In this document: positions 37,871 through 47,504 of the stretch, one piece after another
Layout: every line of letters begins with the position of its first letter
How positions within the stretch are numbered: the first letter of the stretch is position 1
Assembly: GCA_965224245.1 (NCBI GenBank)
Contig: OZ245046.1
Coordinates: 3,936,001-4,000,000 of the forward strand
Length of the DNA stretch: 64,000 bases
From: Candidatus Eiseniibacteriota bacterium
GTDB lineage: Bacteria > Eisenbacteria > RBG-16-71-46 > CAZAMP01
Reading direction: 5' to 3'
Notes under the pieces: model-generated
What the model was told of the DNA's origin: nothing
Seen by the model: only the letters and a program-made list of their open reading frames with translations
Databases searched by the model: none
Translations under genes and position numbers: made by a program

Positions 37871-38902
37871 GTGAAAGCCGCCGTCTTCGATACCCACGGA
37901 GGGCCGGAGGTTCTCCGCATCGACGATGTCCCCACTCCCGAGCCGGAGGCGGGCGAGGTCCGCGTGTCGGTGCGCGCCTGCGGGCTCAATCACCTCGATC
38001 TCTTCGTGCGCCGCGGGATCCCCGGCGTCCCGCCGTCGCTCCCCCACGTGGGGGGGGCCGAGGTGGTCGGGCGCGTCGACGCGCTGGGGCCGGGGGTGAC
38101 CGGCTGGGTCGTCGGCGATCCGGTCATCGTGAACCCGACCTTGTTCTGCGGTGCGTGCGAGGAGTGTCTCCGCGGACGCCAGCCGCTGTGTGATCGGTTC
38201 GGCGTGCTCGGAGAGCACACGTGGGGCGGGCTGGCGGAGTACGTCGTCGTGCCCGCACGAAACCTGCTGGCGTTGCCGGCCGGCGTCGATCCGACCCACG
38301 CGGCCACGACCCCGCTCACGTTCCAGACGGCCTGGCGTGCGCTGTTCACGCAGGCTCGTCTGCGACCCGGCGAGTCGGTGCTGGTGCTCGGAGGGTCCGG
38401 CGGCGTGGCCGTCGCCGCCATCCAGATGGCAGCCGAGGCGGGCGCCGTCGTGTACGCCGTCACGTCAGGGGCCCGGAAGGTGGAGCAGGTGGCGGCGCTA
38501 GGCGCGCATCGCGTGTTCGATCGGTCCGAGACGTCGTTCGCCAGGGAGGTCTGGTCGGCGACCGGAAAGCGCGGCGTGGACGTCGTGGTCGAGAACGTGG
38601 GCGCGGCCACCTGGTCCGACAGCCTGCGGGCGCTGGCCCGCGGCGGTCGGCTGGTGACGTTCGGCGCGACGACGGGTCCGATCGGCGAGACGAACATCAA
38701 CCTCGTCTTCTGGCGCCAGCTCTCGATCATCGGGAGCACGATGGGGGCGCACGCGGACTTTCGCTCCGCCATGCGCTGGCTCGCCGAGGGAAAGGTGCGC
38801 CCGGTCGTCGACAGCGTGATCGCGCTGGAAGACATCCGGTCGGCGCACGAGCGACTCGAGAGTGGCGACGTCTTCGGCAAGCTCGTCATCCGAATCCGCT
38901 GA
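37871..38902 (+). CDS. Zinc-binding (MDR) alcohol dehydrogenase/oxidoreductase
   Basis: GLNHLD, CGACEEC-x7-C structural zinc site, GGSGGVA, GRLVTFGAT, FGKLVI. Confidence 0.92.
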   Translation: MKAAVFDTHGGPEVLRIDDVPTPEPEAGEVRVSVRACGLNHLDLFVRRGIPGVPPSLPHVGGAEVVGRVDALGPGVTGWVVGDPVIVNPTLFCGACEECLRGRQPLCDRFGVLGEHTWGGLAEYVVVPARNLLALPAGVDPTHAATTPLTFQTAWRALFTQARLRPGESVLVLGGSGGVAVAAIQMAAEAGAVVYAVTSGARKVEQVAALGAHRVFDRSETSFAREVWSATGKRGVDVVVENVGAATWSDSLRALARGGRLVTFGATTGPIGETNINLVFWRQLSIIGSTMGAHADFRSAMRWLAEGKVRPVVDSVIALEDIRSAHERLESGDVFGKLVIRIR

Positions 38903-38972
38903 CGGATCACCGACGAAACGCGCGGGCGCGGTGACGCGCGACGTGGACGAAAAGACAGTCGACGGAGGTTGC

Positions 38973-41111
38973 GTGTCCGAACGAGGACCCCGTGCGCCGC
39001 GGCGCCCGGTGACGCGAACGCTGCACGGCGTCTCGTGGGAAGATCCCTACGCCTGGATGAAGGACCCGAACTGGCAGCGGGTCATGAAGGACCCCGGGTC
39101 CCTCGACCCCGAGATCGCCCGGCATCTGGTGGCCGAGAACGAGCACGTGGAGCGCATCCTGTCCAGGACCGGCATGCTTCGCGAGACGCTCCTGGCCGAG
39201 CTCAAGGGTCGGATCAAGGAAGACGATTCGTCGGTTCCCACCCCCGACGGCGAGTGGAGCTACTTCCACCGATACCGGACCGGGGGCCAGCACCCGCTCT
39301 TCTGCCGCGTCCCGTCCGACGCCGACGACGTCGACGTCGAGGCGACCGGCGCCGGGGGCGATCCGGACGCGGCGGCCGCCGATGCCACGGTCATCATCGA
39401 CGGGGACGCCGAGAGCGCCGGCCATTCCTACTTCAGGCTCGTCGGCTATCGCCACAGCCCCGATCACCGGCTCGTCGCCTACGGACGAGACATCCAGGGC
39501 TCGGAGTTCTACGAGGTCCGGATCCGCGAGATCGAGAGCGGCCGCGAGCTCGGAGAGGTCATCCCGGATGCGTCGGGACAGATCGTGTGGTCCAACGACA
39601 GCCGGTCGTTCCTGTACACGAAGCTCGACGAGAGCCACCGGCCCTGCCGCGTCCATCGCCACGTGCTCGGGACCGACCCGGACGACGACGCGCTCGTGTA
39701 CGAGGAGTCCGATCCCGGCTACTTCGTGGCCCTCGGTCGCACGTCGAGCCGACGGTTCGCGGTGATCCGCGTTCACACCCACGGCACCAGCGAGTGTCAC
39801 CTCGTGGGTGCGGACACGCTGTCGGAGAGGCCGAGACTCGTGTCCCCCCGGACGACCGACGTCGAGTACGACGTGGACGACGACGGCGAGCGCCTGGTGA
39901 TCCTGACCAATGCGGACGACGCCGTGGACTTCAAGATCGTGGCGGCTCCCCCCGACGATCCGGGACGGGCGCGCTGGACCGACGTCGTGCCCGCCGTCGG
40001 AGGCCGGCTGATCCTCGACCACTTCGTCTTCGAGGAGTTCTATGTCCGGCTGGAGATGCGCGACGCGCTCCCCCGGATCGTCGTGACCGACCGCGCCGAC
40101 GGCGGTGAGCACGAGATCGCGTTCGATGAGCCGGCCTACGACCTCCGGATCGTGCCCGGTCATCGCTACGCGACGTCCACACTCCGTTACGCGTACAGCT
40201 CGATGACCACGCCCGACGAGACGACCGACTACGACATGCGCTCGCGTCGCCGCCGGCTGCGGAAACGACGCGAGATCCCGAGCGGACACGTCCCCGACCA
40301 CTATCGCACCCAGCGACTCTTCGCGGTCGCGGCCGACGGCGCGCGCGTGCCGATCACAGTTCTCCATCGTCGCGACACGCCGCTCGACGGATCTGCACCC
40401 TGCTTGCTGTACGCCTACGGATCGTACGGGAACTCGACGGCGGCGGACTTCCGCTCCTCGGCCCTACCCCTCGTGGATCGCGGGTTCGTGTACGCGATCG
40501 CGCACGTACGCGGCGGACGCGAGATGGGCCACGCCTGGTACACCGCGGGCAAGCTCGCACACAAGCCCAACACGTTCTCCGACTTCATCTGTGCCGCCGA
40601 GCACCTGGCGACGGCAGGCTACACGACGCGGGGAAACATCAGCTGCTACGGCGGGAGCGCCGGCGGCCTCCTGGTGGGGGCCGTCCTCAACCTGGCGCCC
40701 GACCTCTTCCGCGCCGCGGTCGCCCGCGTGCCGTTCGTCGACGTGCTCACGACGATGTGCGACGACTCCCTCCCGCTGACTCCGCTCGAGTACCCCGAGT
40801 GGGGCGATCCGGTGGCCGATGTCGAGGCGTTCGAGACCATCCGTTCCTACTCGCCCTACGACAACGTCCGGCCCGCGGCCTATCCGGATCTGATCGTGAC
40901 CGCCGGGCTCAGCGACCCGCGGGTGACCTACTGGGAGCCGGCGAAGTGGGTGGCCCGGCTCCGCGAAACCCGAACGGACGACGGACACACGCTGCTCTTC
41001 ACACACATGAGCGGCGGACACGGCGGCGCGTCGGGTCGGCTGGTCGCGCTGGAGGAGGTCGCGCTCGTCTACGCGTTCGTGCTCATGTCGCACGGCATGG
41101 TGGAACGCTAG
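38973..41111 (+). CDS. ptrB: Oligopeptidase B (S9A)
   Basis: EDPYAWM, RIKEDDSSVP, HVRGG, GGSAGG (Ser), DPRVTYWEPAKW (Asp), GHGGASGR (His). GGAGG before GTG 38973. Confidence 0.93.
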   Translation: MSERGPRAPRRPVTRTLHGVSWEDPYAWMKDPNWQRVMKDPGSLDPEIARHLVAENEHVERILSRTGMLRETLLAELKGRIKEDDSSVPTPDGEWSYFHRYRTGGQHPLFCRVPSDADDVDVEATGAGGDPDAAAADATVIIDGDAESAGHSYFRLVGYRHSPDHRLVAYGRDIQGSEFYEVRIREIESGRELGEVIPDASGQIVWSNDSRSFLYTKLDESHRPCRVHRHVLGTDPDDDALVYEESDPGYFVALGRTSSRRFAVIRVHTHGTSECHLVGADTLSERPRLVSPRTTDVEYDVDDDGERLVILTNADDAVDFKIVAAPPDDPGRARWTDVVPAVGGRLILDHFVFEEFYVRLEMRDALPRIVVTDRADGGEHEIAFDEPAYDLRIVPGHRYATSTLRYAYSSMTTPDETTDYDMRSRRRRLRKRREIPSGHVPDHYRTQRLFAVAADGARVPITVLHRRDTPLDGSAPCLLYAYGSYGNSTAADFRSSALPLVDRGFVYAIAHVRGGREMGHAWYTAGKLAHKPNTFSDFICAAEHLATAGYTTRGNISCYGGSAGGLLVGAVLNLAPDLFRAAVARVPFVDVLTTMCDDSLPLTPLEYPEWGDPVADVEAFETIRSYSPYDNVRPAAYPDLIVTAGLSDPRVTYWEPAKWVARLRETRTDDGHTLLFTHMSGGHGGASGRLVALEEVALVYAFVLMSHGMVER

Positions 41112-41192
41112 CGGCCGAGCCGCCGCGCCGCGGTGGTGCGATCGGCCTTCAACCCGTCTCCGGTGGCCTCCACCCGTCTCCGGGGTGGCGGC

Positions 41193-42443
41193 TCAGCCGC
41201 ACTCCGGCCGCGTCACGGCGAGCTCGGGCGGCGGCTCGCCCACGACGTCGAGGATCCGGAGGATGGCCTCGCCGATCTGGTTGTCGGGGCACGACGCGCC
41301 CGCGGTGACCCCCACCCGGACGGGCCCCGCAGGAAGCCAGTCGGCCGCGAAAACGTCTTCTCCGGTCGCGGGGTCGCGATGGCGGATGTGACCGGCGCCC
41401 TCGATCAGCGACGCGTCCCGGATGAAGTACGTCGGCACCGACGCGGCGGAGATCTCGACCAGGTGCATCGTGTTCGACGAGTTGTACCCGCCCACGATCA
41501 CCATCAGATCGGGCCGGGTGGACGGATCGTCGAGCATCCGGAGAACCGCGTCCTGACGCTCCTGCGTGGCGCCGCAGATGGTGTCGAACGACATGAAGTG
41601 ATCGTCGATGGCGTCCGCCCCCACACGATCGAGCATCGCGGCCCGCACGATGTCGGCCACCTCGAGCGACTCGCTGGACAGCATCGTGGTCTGGTTCGCG
41701 AGCCCGACGCGCTGGAGGTCGCGCGCGGGGACGAACCCGGGCGACGTGCACCGCGCGAAGCGATCCATGAACGCCGCGTCGTCGTGGCGCCCGCGAACGT
41801 AGTCGGCCACGAACTCGGCCTCGGCGCGGTCCAGCACCACGAGAAAGTGCCCCCCCTTCTCGGTCGCCTGAGAGCACGTCGCGCGGGTCTCCTCGTGTCG
41901 GGCCTTGCCGTGAACGATCGACGTGAAGCCGCGCGTGGCGTACTGGCGAACGCGCTTCCAGACGTTCATGACCGAGCCGCAGGTCGTGTCCACGAGAATG
42001 CAGCCCCTGGCCTTGAGGGTCGTGAACAGCTCGCTCGTCGTGCCGAACGCCGGGATGATGACGACGTCGTCGGATCGCACCGCGTCGTAGGAAAGGTGGC
42101 GAAGGTCGTGCCCGGGCAGGATCTCGATTCCGAGGTCCGTGAGGCGCCGGTTCACGCTGGGGTTGTGGATGATCTCGCCTACCAGGAAGACGCGCCGATC
42201 GGGGTACATCCGGACCGTCTCGTACGCGTAGTCCACCGCGCGCTCGACGCCGTAGCAGAACCCGAACTCGCGCGCGAGGACGATCTCGACCCGGCCCGAT
42301 CGATGGCGGAAGTCGTTCGCACGAAACCAGTCCACGAGCCGGCTTCCATACTCGGTGTCCACGTCGTCGCGGATCTCCGCGCGCAGACCGAACCCTTTTC
42401 GGTAAATCTGAGCCTTGGTCACGTCGTTCTTCTCGAGGAACAT
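41193..42443 (-). CDS. ispH: 4-hydroxy-3-methylbut-2-enyl diphosphate reductase
   Basis: FGFCYGVERA, IIHN, DTTCGSV, NQTT, DTICGATQERQ, GGYNSSNT, TAGASCP. Start may be GTG 42422. Confidence 0.95.
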   Translation of the reverse strand: MFLEKNDVTKAQIYRKGFGLRAEIRDDVDTEYGSRLVDWFRANDFRHRSGRVEIVLAREFGFCYGVERAVDYAYETVRMYPDRRVFLVGEIIHNPSVNRRLTDLGIEILPGHDLRHLSYDAVRSDDVVIIPAFGTTSELFTTLKARGCILVDTTCGSVMNVWKRVRQYATRGFTSIVHGKARHEETRATCSQATEKGGHFLVVLDRAEAEFVADYVRGRHDDAAFMDRFARCTSPGFVPARDLQRVGLANQTTMLSSESLEVADIVRAAMLDRVGADAIDDHFMSFDTICGATQERQDAVLRMLDDPSTRPDLMVIVGGYNSSNTMHLVEISAASVPTYFIRDASLIEGAGHIRHRDPATGEDVFAADWLPAGPVRVGVTAGASCPDNQIGEAILRILDVVGEPPPELAVTRPECG

Positions 42444-42606
42444 CGGGCCGCTCCAGAGATGCCGGGGATCGAGGTAGCTGGATCGAGCACGTGAGCGGAC
42501 TTGCCCGAGACACAGTCTATCAGGATCGGCGAATCCTCTGGTGATACACCCGCGGGGACCGATGGGTTCGTGTGGACCGGAACGCCTGCCGCGACCCCCA
42601 CCGGGA

Positions 42607-44235
42607 TCACGTCAGGCCCTCGATCCTGAGCTTGCTCTTGGCGGCCCGTCCGATCTTGGACCGGGGGCTCCGCTCGACGATGTGGCGAAGCAGCTGCTCG
42701 CCCATGTCGCGTTCGGCCTCGTTGCCTTCGATGAGGTGAAAGCCCAGGTAGTACAGGTCGTTGAGCTCCAGCACGTCTCCCTCGGCCATCAGCTTCTTGT
42801 AGACGGGGAACTCCTTCTCGCGCACCAGCGAGCGCACGATGGCGAGCGGTGTGTCGTTGTCGCGCGTGATGGATCCCGCGGGCGCTTTCGCGCTCCTCAA
42901 CGAGACGACCGCCAGATCGAACCTGGCCGCGTCGGTCTGGTGCTCGTTGGTGGTCAGCTGCGCGAGCAACCGCTCGGCGACGTCGAACGAGCCCTTGCGC
43001 TTCCAGTAGAGGGCGCGCTTGTGGAGCGTCTCGAAGTGCACCTCGGGCGTCAGCGTCTGCACGAGGTGCAGCATGGGCTCGGCGTTCTCGTCGCCGGACT
43101 CGAGCTTCCCGATGGCCGTCTTGGCGACGCCGGTCATGGCGTCCGGATCCACCTTCGAGGCGCCGGCCTTCACGGCGCGCACCATCCGCCACGCGTGCTC
43201 GACGTCACGTCCCTTTCCGAGCTCGGCCACGATGACCTTCCACGCGCCCGATTGAGCCTGGATCGACCGGGCGGCCAGCTGTCGGATCATGGGATCGGAA
43301 TCGCCCAGCGCATCGACCAGCGCACCGGTGACCGCGTCGTCTCCGACCTCGCTCATCTTGGTCAGCGCGAACTTCCGCACGAGCGGATGGCGGCTCTCGG
43401 CGAGCTGGATGAGCTGCTTGCCGGCGCTCTTGGGCATCGTCATCGCCACCAGTGCCTCGAGGGCCGGGGACACGACGTTGGGAAAGTCGTCCTCCTCCAG
43501 GAACGACAGGAGCTTCGTCACCGCGGCCGCGCGGTGACGATACCCCGGCAGCGTCCACCGGAGCCCGGTGAGCGCGGTCCGGCGGAGATCGGCTGGATGC
43601 TCGGGACCCGAGAAGTCGAGGAACGTGCGCGCGGAGGCGGGATCCCGGAGGTGGGTCAGGACATCCAGGATCGAGTCGACCGCCACGCGGTTCTCCACGA
43701 ACGTCTTGCGGCGGAGCGGCGCCCTGAACTGCTTGGAGAGCTCGGCGCGGGCGTCGTCGTCCAGGGTCGTGGTCTCGTCCTTCACGATCCGCACGACGTC
43801 GCGCGACACGCCGGACGTGGGCTCTTCGAGCACGTGAACCAGAAACGAGATCGCGTCGTCGGTGCGGACGAGCGCGAGCACCCGCAGCAGCGTCCGCCGC
43901 TTGGCCAGCGACGCCGTCGGGAAGGTCTGCTTGATCGTCGGCACCACGGCGTTCCCGATCGCCGCCAGCGCGCGCGCGGCGGCCTCGCGCGTCTCCTCGG
44001 GCTTGTCGAGCAGCGGGTAGAGGGCGTCGCGCGCGGCGGTGCTCCCGATCTTGCCCAGCGCCTCGATGGCCTTCAGACGCAGGGCGCGCTCGGAGCCCTC
44101 GGCCGCCTCGGTGAGGTGCTTCACCACCGACGCGTGCTTCGGCGCCAGCTCGCCGACGACGATCGCGGCCGCCGTTCTCTGTTCCAATGTTCCCGCGGAC
44201 AGCAGTCTGAGAAGCTTCGTGGTCAGCTGTGACAT
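42607..44235 (-). CDS. HEAT-repeat protein
   Basis: Repeated LRxxAxxALGxIG / VRxxAxxxL helical repeats; strong coding bias. Confidence 0.85.
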   Translation of the reverse strand: MSQLTTKLLRLLSAGTLEQRTAAAIVVGELAPKHASVVKHLTEAAEGSERALRLKAIEALGKIGSTAARDALYPLLDKPEETREAAARALAAIGNAVVPTIKQTFPTASLAKRRTLLRVLALVRTDDAISFLVHVLEEPTSGVSRDVVRIVKDETTTLDDDARAELSKQFRAPLRRKTFVENRVAVDSILDVLTHLRDPASARTFLDFSGPEHPADLRRTALTGLRWTLPGYRHRAAAVTKLLSFLEEDDFPNVVSPALEALVAMTMPKSAGKQLIQLAESRHPLVRKFALTKMSEVGDDAVTGALVDALGDSDPMIRQLAARSIQAQSGAWKVIVAELGKGRDVEHAWRMVRAVKAGASKVDPDAMTGVAKTAIGKLESGDENAEPMLHLVQTLTPEVHFETLHKRALYWKRKGSFDVAERLLAQLTTNEHQTDAARFDLAVVSLRSAKAPAGSITRDNDTPLAIVRSLVREKEFPVYKKLMAEGDVLELNDLYYLGFHLIEGNEAERDMGEQLLRHIVERSPRSKIGRAAKSKLRIEGLT

Positions 44236-44575
44236 ACGACCCCTCGGTGGCCTTCACCACGTTCGCTCGCGGAACCGGAGACGGGATGACGAGAAGCACC
44301 GAGAGGTGTAACAGATTGCGTTTTCAGGCGCAACGAGGCTCGCGCGGGTGCGGTCCCGATCCGGAGATTCCTTTAATTGGACATGTATTTCACCTTTTAG
44401 GTGTAAAGCAAAATCCCCCGCCGGCAGGCCGATTCCGCTCGCGTCGACCGCCCGACAATCCGCTTGGTGCGGGAGGAGAACCGACGTACACTCTCCGGCC
44501 GCCAAATCCGCGGCGTTGTTTCGACGAACGGCAGCGACCCCCCACCCCGGCGGGCGGGTCGGAGAGAGATCTACG

Positions 44576-44662
44576 ATGAGAACCCAGACGATCGACAAGG
44601 CCGCCCTCTGGCTGGCCGGCGTCCTCGCCACCTGCATCTTCTTCGGCGCCGTCCTCCGCTAG
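44576..44662 (+). CDS. Small (28-aa) single-pass membrane peptide
   Basis: GGAGAG SD then MRTQTIDKAALWLAGVLATCIFFGAVLR-stop. Nearly every codon ends in G/C. One hydrophobic helix. Confidence 0.65.
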   Translation: MRTQTIDKAALWLAGVLATCIFFGAVLR

Positions 44663-44683
44663 CGGGGCGCCGGTCTCCGGCGC

Positions 44684-45694
44684 TCACGGCGCGCTCGACT
44701 CCGTCTCGGGGATCCGCTCCGCCAACGCGAACGCGACCAGCACGAGCTCTCGCGTGACCTCGTCGGCCCGCTGCGATTGTACGAGCCGCTCGGGCACCCT
44801 CGCGACCTGCTCTCGGGTGCGGATGCCCACGAAGCGGCGGAAGAACGCACCGGTGTCCTGGGGCTGCCCGAGCGAGACGACGGGCTCGATCTCGGCCAGC
44901 GCGGAGATGCGACCGTCGGTACCGAAGCCGACCATCAGGTAGAGAGGCTCGCACGTGTCACAGTTCGTGTCCCGCTCGATCGGGAACGCGAACCCGCTCG
45001 GCGATCCGTCCTCGGCGAACCCGATGCCGTACCAGGGCGAGAGCCCGAGCTGGCAGGCGGACACCCCCAGCCAGTCGGTCTCCAGCGTGCTCGCGATCTC
45101 GACGCGCGCCGCGCCGGGCAGCGCGCGCGCGGCGAGCGCGACGCGAAGCGAGTCGGGCGCGTTCAGGTAGTAGAAGTTCCGGCGGAGGCTCACGAGCCGC
45201 TCGTCGGTGGTTCCGACCCGGCGACCGATGAAGCGTACGGTCCCGTCGGGCCCCACGAGGGTGAGCACGGGCTCGTTCAGGATGCGCGTGACCTGGAACA
45301 GCGGCGTCGTCGTGTGCCAGACCGGGATCTCGAGGCCGTTGGCCACGACCGACTCCCGGAGCACCCCGGGATCCCGCTCGGACAGGACGCCGAACGTGAG
45401 GCCCATCTCGCGCCACACGATCGACCGCGCGTCGTACTCGATGAGGTCCGCTTCGCACGCGGCGCACGCGCGTGAGCACAGGACGGCGGCCGTCCATCCC
45501 CCGTCGACGGGGATCGAGACCGCGTTGCCGTCGAGATCGGTGACCGTCGAGACCGGGAAGGCCTGGCCCCAGTCGAGACGGCCCGCGGGCTTCCGGTCGG
45601 CGGCCGGTGTGTCCGAGGCCTCGCCGCCCCCGCCTCCGCAGCCCGCCAGCAGGAGGATTCCCACGACCGCGAGGATCGTACGCTCACTCGTCAT
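44684..45694 (-). CDS. Lipoprotein with a TlpA/redoxin-like domain and a C-terminal Cys-containing FMN-binding-like domain
   Basis: Lipobox LLAG-C, VTDLDGNAV, CAAC, PVLTLVGPDGTVRF, then CDTCEP...MVGFGTDGRI...FFRRFVG. Confidence 0.65.
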   Translation of the reverse strand: MTSERTILAVVGILLLAGCGGGGGEASDTPAADRKPAGRLDWGQAFPVSTVTDLDGNAVSIPVDGGWTAAVLCSRACAACEADLIEYDARSIVWREMGLTFGVLSERDPGVLRESVVANGLEIPVWHTTTPLFQVTRILNEPVLTLVGPDGTVRFIGRRVGTTDERLVSLRRNFYYLNAPDSLRVALAARALPGAARVEIASTLETDWLGVSACQLGLSPWYGIGFAEDGSPSGFAFPIERDTNCDTCEPLYLMVGFGTDGRISALAEIEPVVSLGQPQDTGAFFRRFVGIRTREQVARVPERLVQSQRADEVTRELVLVAFALAERIPETESSAP

Positions 45695-46382
45695 CTCGGC
45701 TCCAATCCGTCTCGGCGAGCCAGGATCGGATGACCCGCCGCATCTCGGGGGTGAACTCGTGTCCGGCGCGGACCTCGGCGAACCTCGCGTCGAGACCCCG
45801 CTCCGCCAGCGCCGCGATGGCGACGCGGCACGGCTCGGACTCGACGACGGGATCTCCATCGCCGTGTACGTGAAGGATCCGCACCGACCGGGCGGCGTCG
45901 AGCGACGGGCCGAGCGCCTCGACCTTGGCGCGGCCGGCGATCCCCACGACGCCGCGGATCCGATCGGGATGCAACAGCCCGAGCGTGTACGCGAGGTAGG
46001 CGCCCTGGGAGAAACCGAGGAGAACCACCGGGGTTCCGGCCACGATCTCCCCGTCCAGTACCTGGAACAGGAAGCGGCCCGCCTCGCGCATCGCGGCCAC
46101 GAACCGGTCCGCGTCGCCGTCGTACTGGTACCACGTGTGGCCGATCGTGCGGCGCCGTCGGCGCTGGACCTCCACGGGAAACGGCGCGCGTGGACACAGG
46201 AGCGACCAGCCGTCCCTCGCGAACGGCTCGATCCGCTCGATCATGCGGTCCGCGTCCTCGCCCATGCCGTGCAGCCCGACGATCCACCGGGACTCCCCGG
46301 TCCCCGTGTCGGACGGGGCCGGGAGCACGTGGTAGGGCACGCTCCAGCTCATGACCGAGGACGTCTGGCGCCATGTGGACAT
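45684..46382 (-). CDS. Alpha/beta hydrolase (phospholipase/carboxylesterase family)
   Basis: LHGMG, GFSQG, HGDGDPVV, GH. Confidence 0.9.
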   Translation of the reverse strand: MSTWRQTSSVMSWSVPYHVLPAPSDTGTGESRWIVGLHGMGEDADRMIERIEPFARDGWSLLCPRAPFPVEVQRRRRRTIGHTWYQYDGDADRFVAAMREAGRFLFQVLDGEIVAGTPVVLLGFSQGAYLAYTLGLLHPDRIRGVVGIAGRAKVEALGPSLDAARSVRILHVHGDGDPVVESEPCRVAIAALAERGLDARFAEVRAGHEFTPEMRRVIRSWLAETDWSRDDE

Positions 46383-46572
46383 CGAGATCTCCTCGTGGAC
46401 GGTTGCGCCGGGAACTGTAGGCGGATCGGCGCCCGCGCGGCAAACCCCCGGGGCGCGACGGAACCGCTTGCCCCGTGCGAGTCCGCGGGGCAGAATTCCC
46501 GGCCGGTTTCACAGAGCCCCTCGGGATCTCCCGGGGCCGCCGCACCCGTCACCGCGTGGACGATCCAGGTCG

Positions 46573-47478
46573 ATGTCGATCCTGAACCAGCTCATCGCGC
46601 GAACGCTCCCGATCGTGCCCAAGCCGATCGTGGGCCGCGTCAGCCGGCCCTACATCGCCGGCGAGACCCTCGACGACGCGATGGGCGTCGTGGAGACGCT
46701 CAACCGCCAGGGCACGATGGCAACCCTCGACATCCTGGGCGAGTTCACGACCCACCTCGACCAGGCATCCCGGACCACCGCGCTCTACGTCGAGGTGCTC
46801 GACCGCATTCACCACGAGGGTGTAGACGCGAACGTGTCGGTGAAGCTCACCGCGCTGGGGCTCCTCGTCGACCCCGATGCCTGCTATCGAAACGTCCGTG
46901 AGATCGTCGGTCACGCGAAGTCGCTCGGGAACTGGGTCCGCCTCGACATGGAGGACTCCAAGTGCACCGATCTCACGCTCGAGATTCACGGGCGACTCGA
47001 GGAGGAGCTCGGGAACGTGGGCTGCGTGGTCCAGGCGTACCTGCGCAGGACGCTCGACGACGCCCGGACGCTGGCCGAGATCGGTGCCAACGTGCGCGTG
47101 TGCAAGGGCATCTACGTGGAGCCGCGCGACATCGCGTTCCAGGATCGCACGCTCGTGCGCCGGAGCTTCGTGGAGACGGTGCGCACTCTCCTCTCACGCG
47201 GCTCCTACGTCGGGATCGCCACCCACGACGAGGTGGTCGCGTGGGAGTGCGAGCAGATCGTGCGTGAGCTCGATCTGCCTCCCGATCGCTACGAGTTCCA
47301 GATGCTCCTGGGTGTCGACGAGCGCCTTCGCGACATCCTGAAGGCGTGCGGGCATCGCATGCGCGTCTACGTGCCGTTCGGCGAGGCGTGGTACGCGTAC
47401 TCGCTCCGGCGGCTGAAGGAGAACCCGAGCATCGCGGGACACATCCTCCGCGCGACGCTCGGACTCGGTCCGGGCTGA
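46573..47478 (+). CDS. Proline dehydrogenase (monofunctional)
   Basis: YIAGET, SVKLT, LDMEDS, QAYLRR, RVCKGIY, IATHD, EFQMLLG, YVPFG...RRLKENP. Confidence 0.93.
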   Translation: MSILNQLIARTLPIVPKPIVGRVSRPYIAGETLDDAMGVVETLNRQGTMATLDILGEFTTHLDQASRTTALYVEVLDRIHHEGVDANVSVKLTALGLLVDPDACYRNVREIVGHAKSLGNWVRLDMEDSKCTDLTLEIHGRLEEELGNVGCVVQAYLRRTLDDARTLAEIGANVRVCKGIYVEPRDIAFQDRTLVRRSFVETVRTLLSRGSYVGIATHDEVVAWECEQIVRELDLPPDRYEFQMLLGVDERLRDILKACGHRMRVYVPFGEAWYAYSLRRLKENPSIAGHILRATLGLGPG

Positions 47479-47504
47479 GCACGACGTACCCGCGTCTTCG
47501 TCCC

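Noticed and set aside
18247-47478. rocD and proline dehydrogenase as one catabolic cluster
   Set aside because: They are 27 kb apart with unrelated genes between them.
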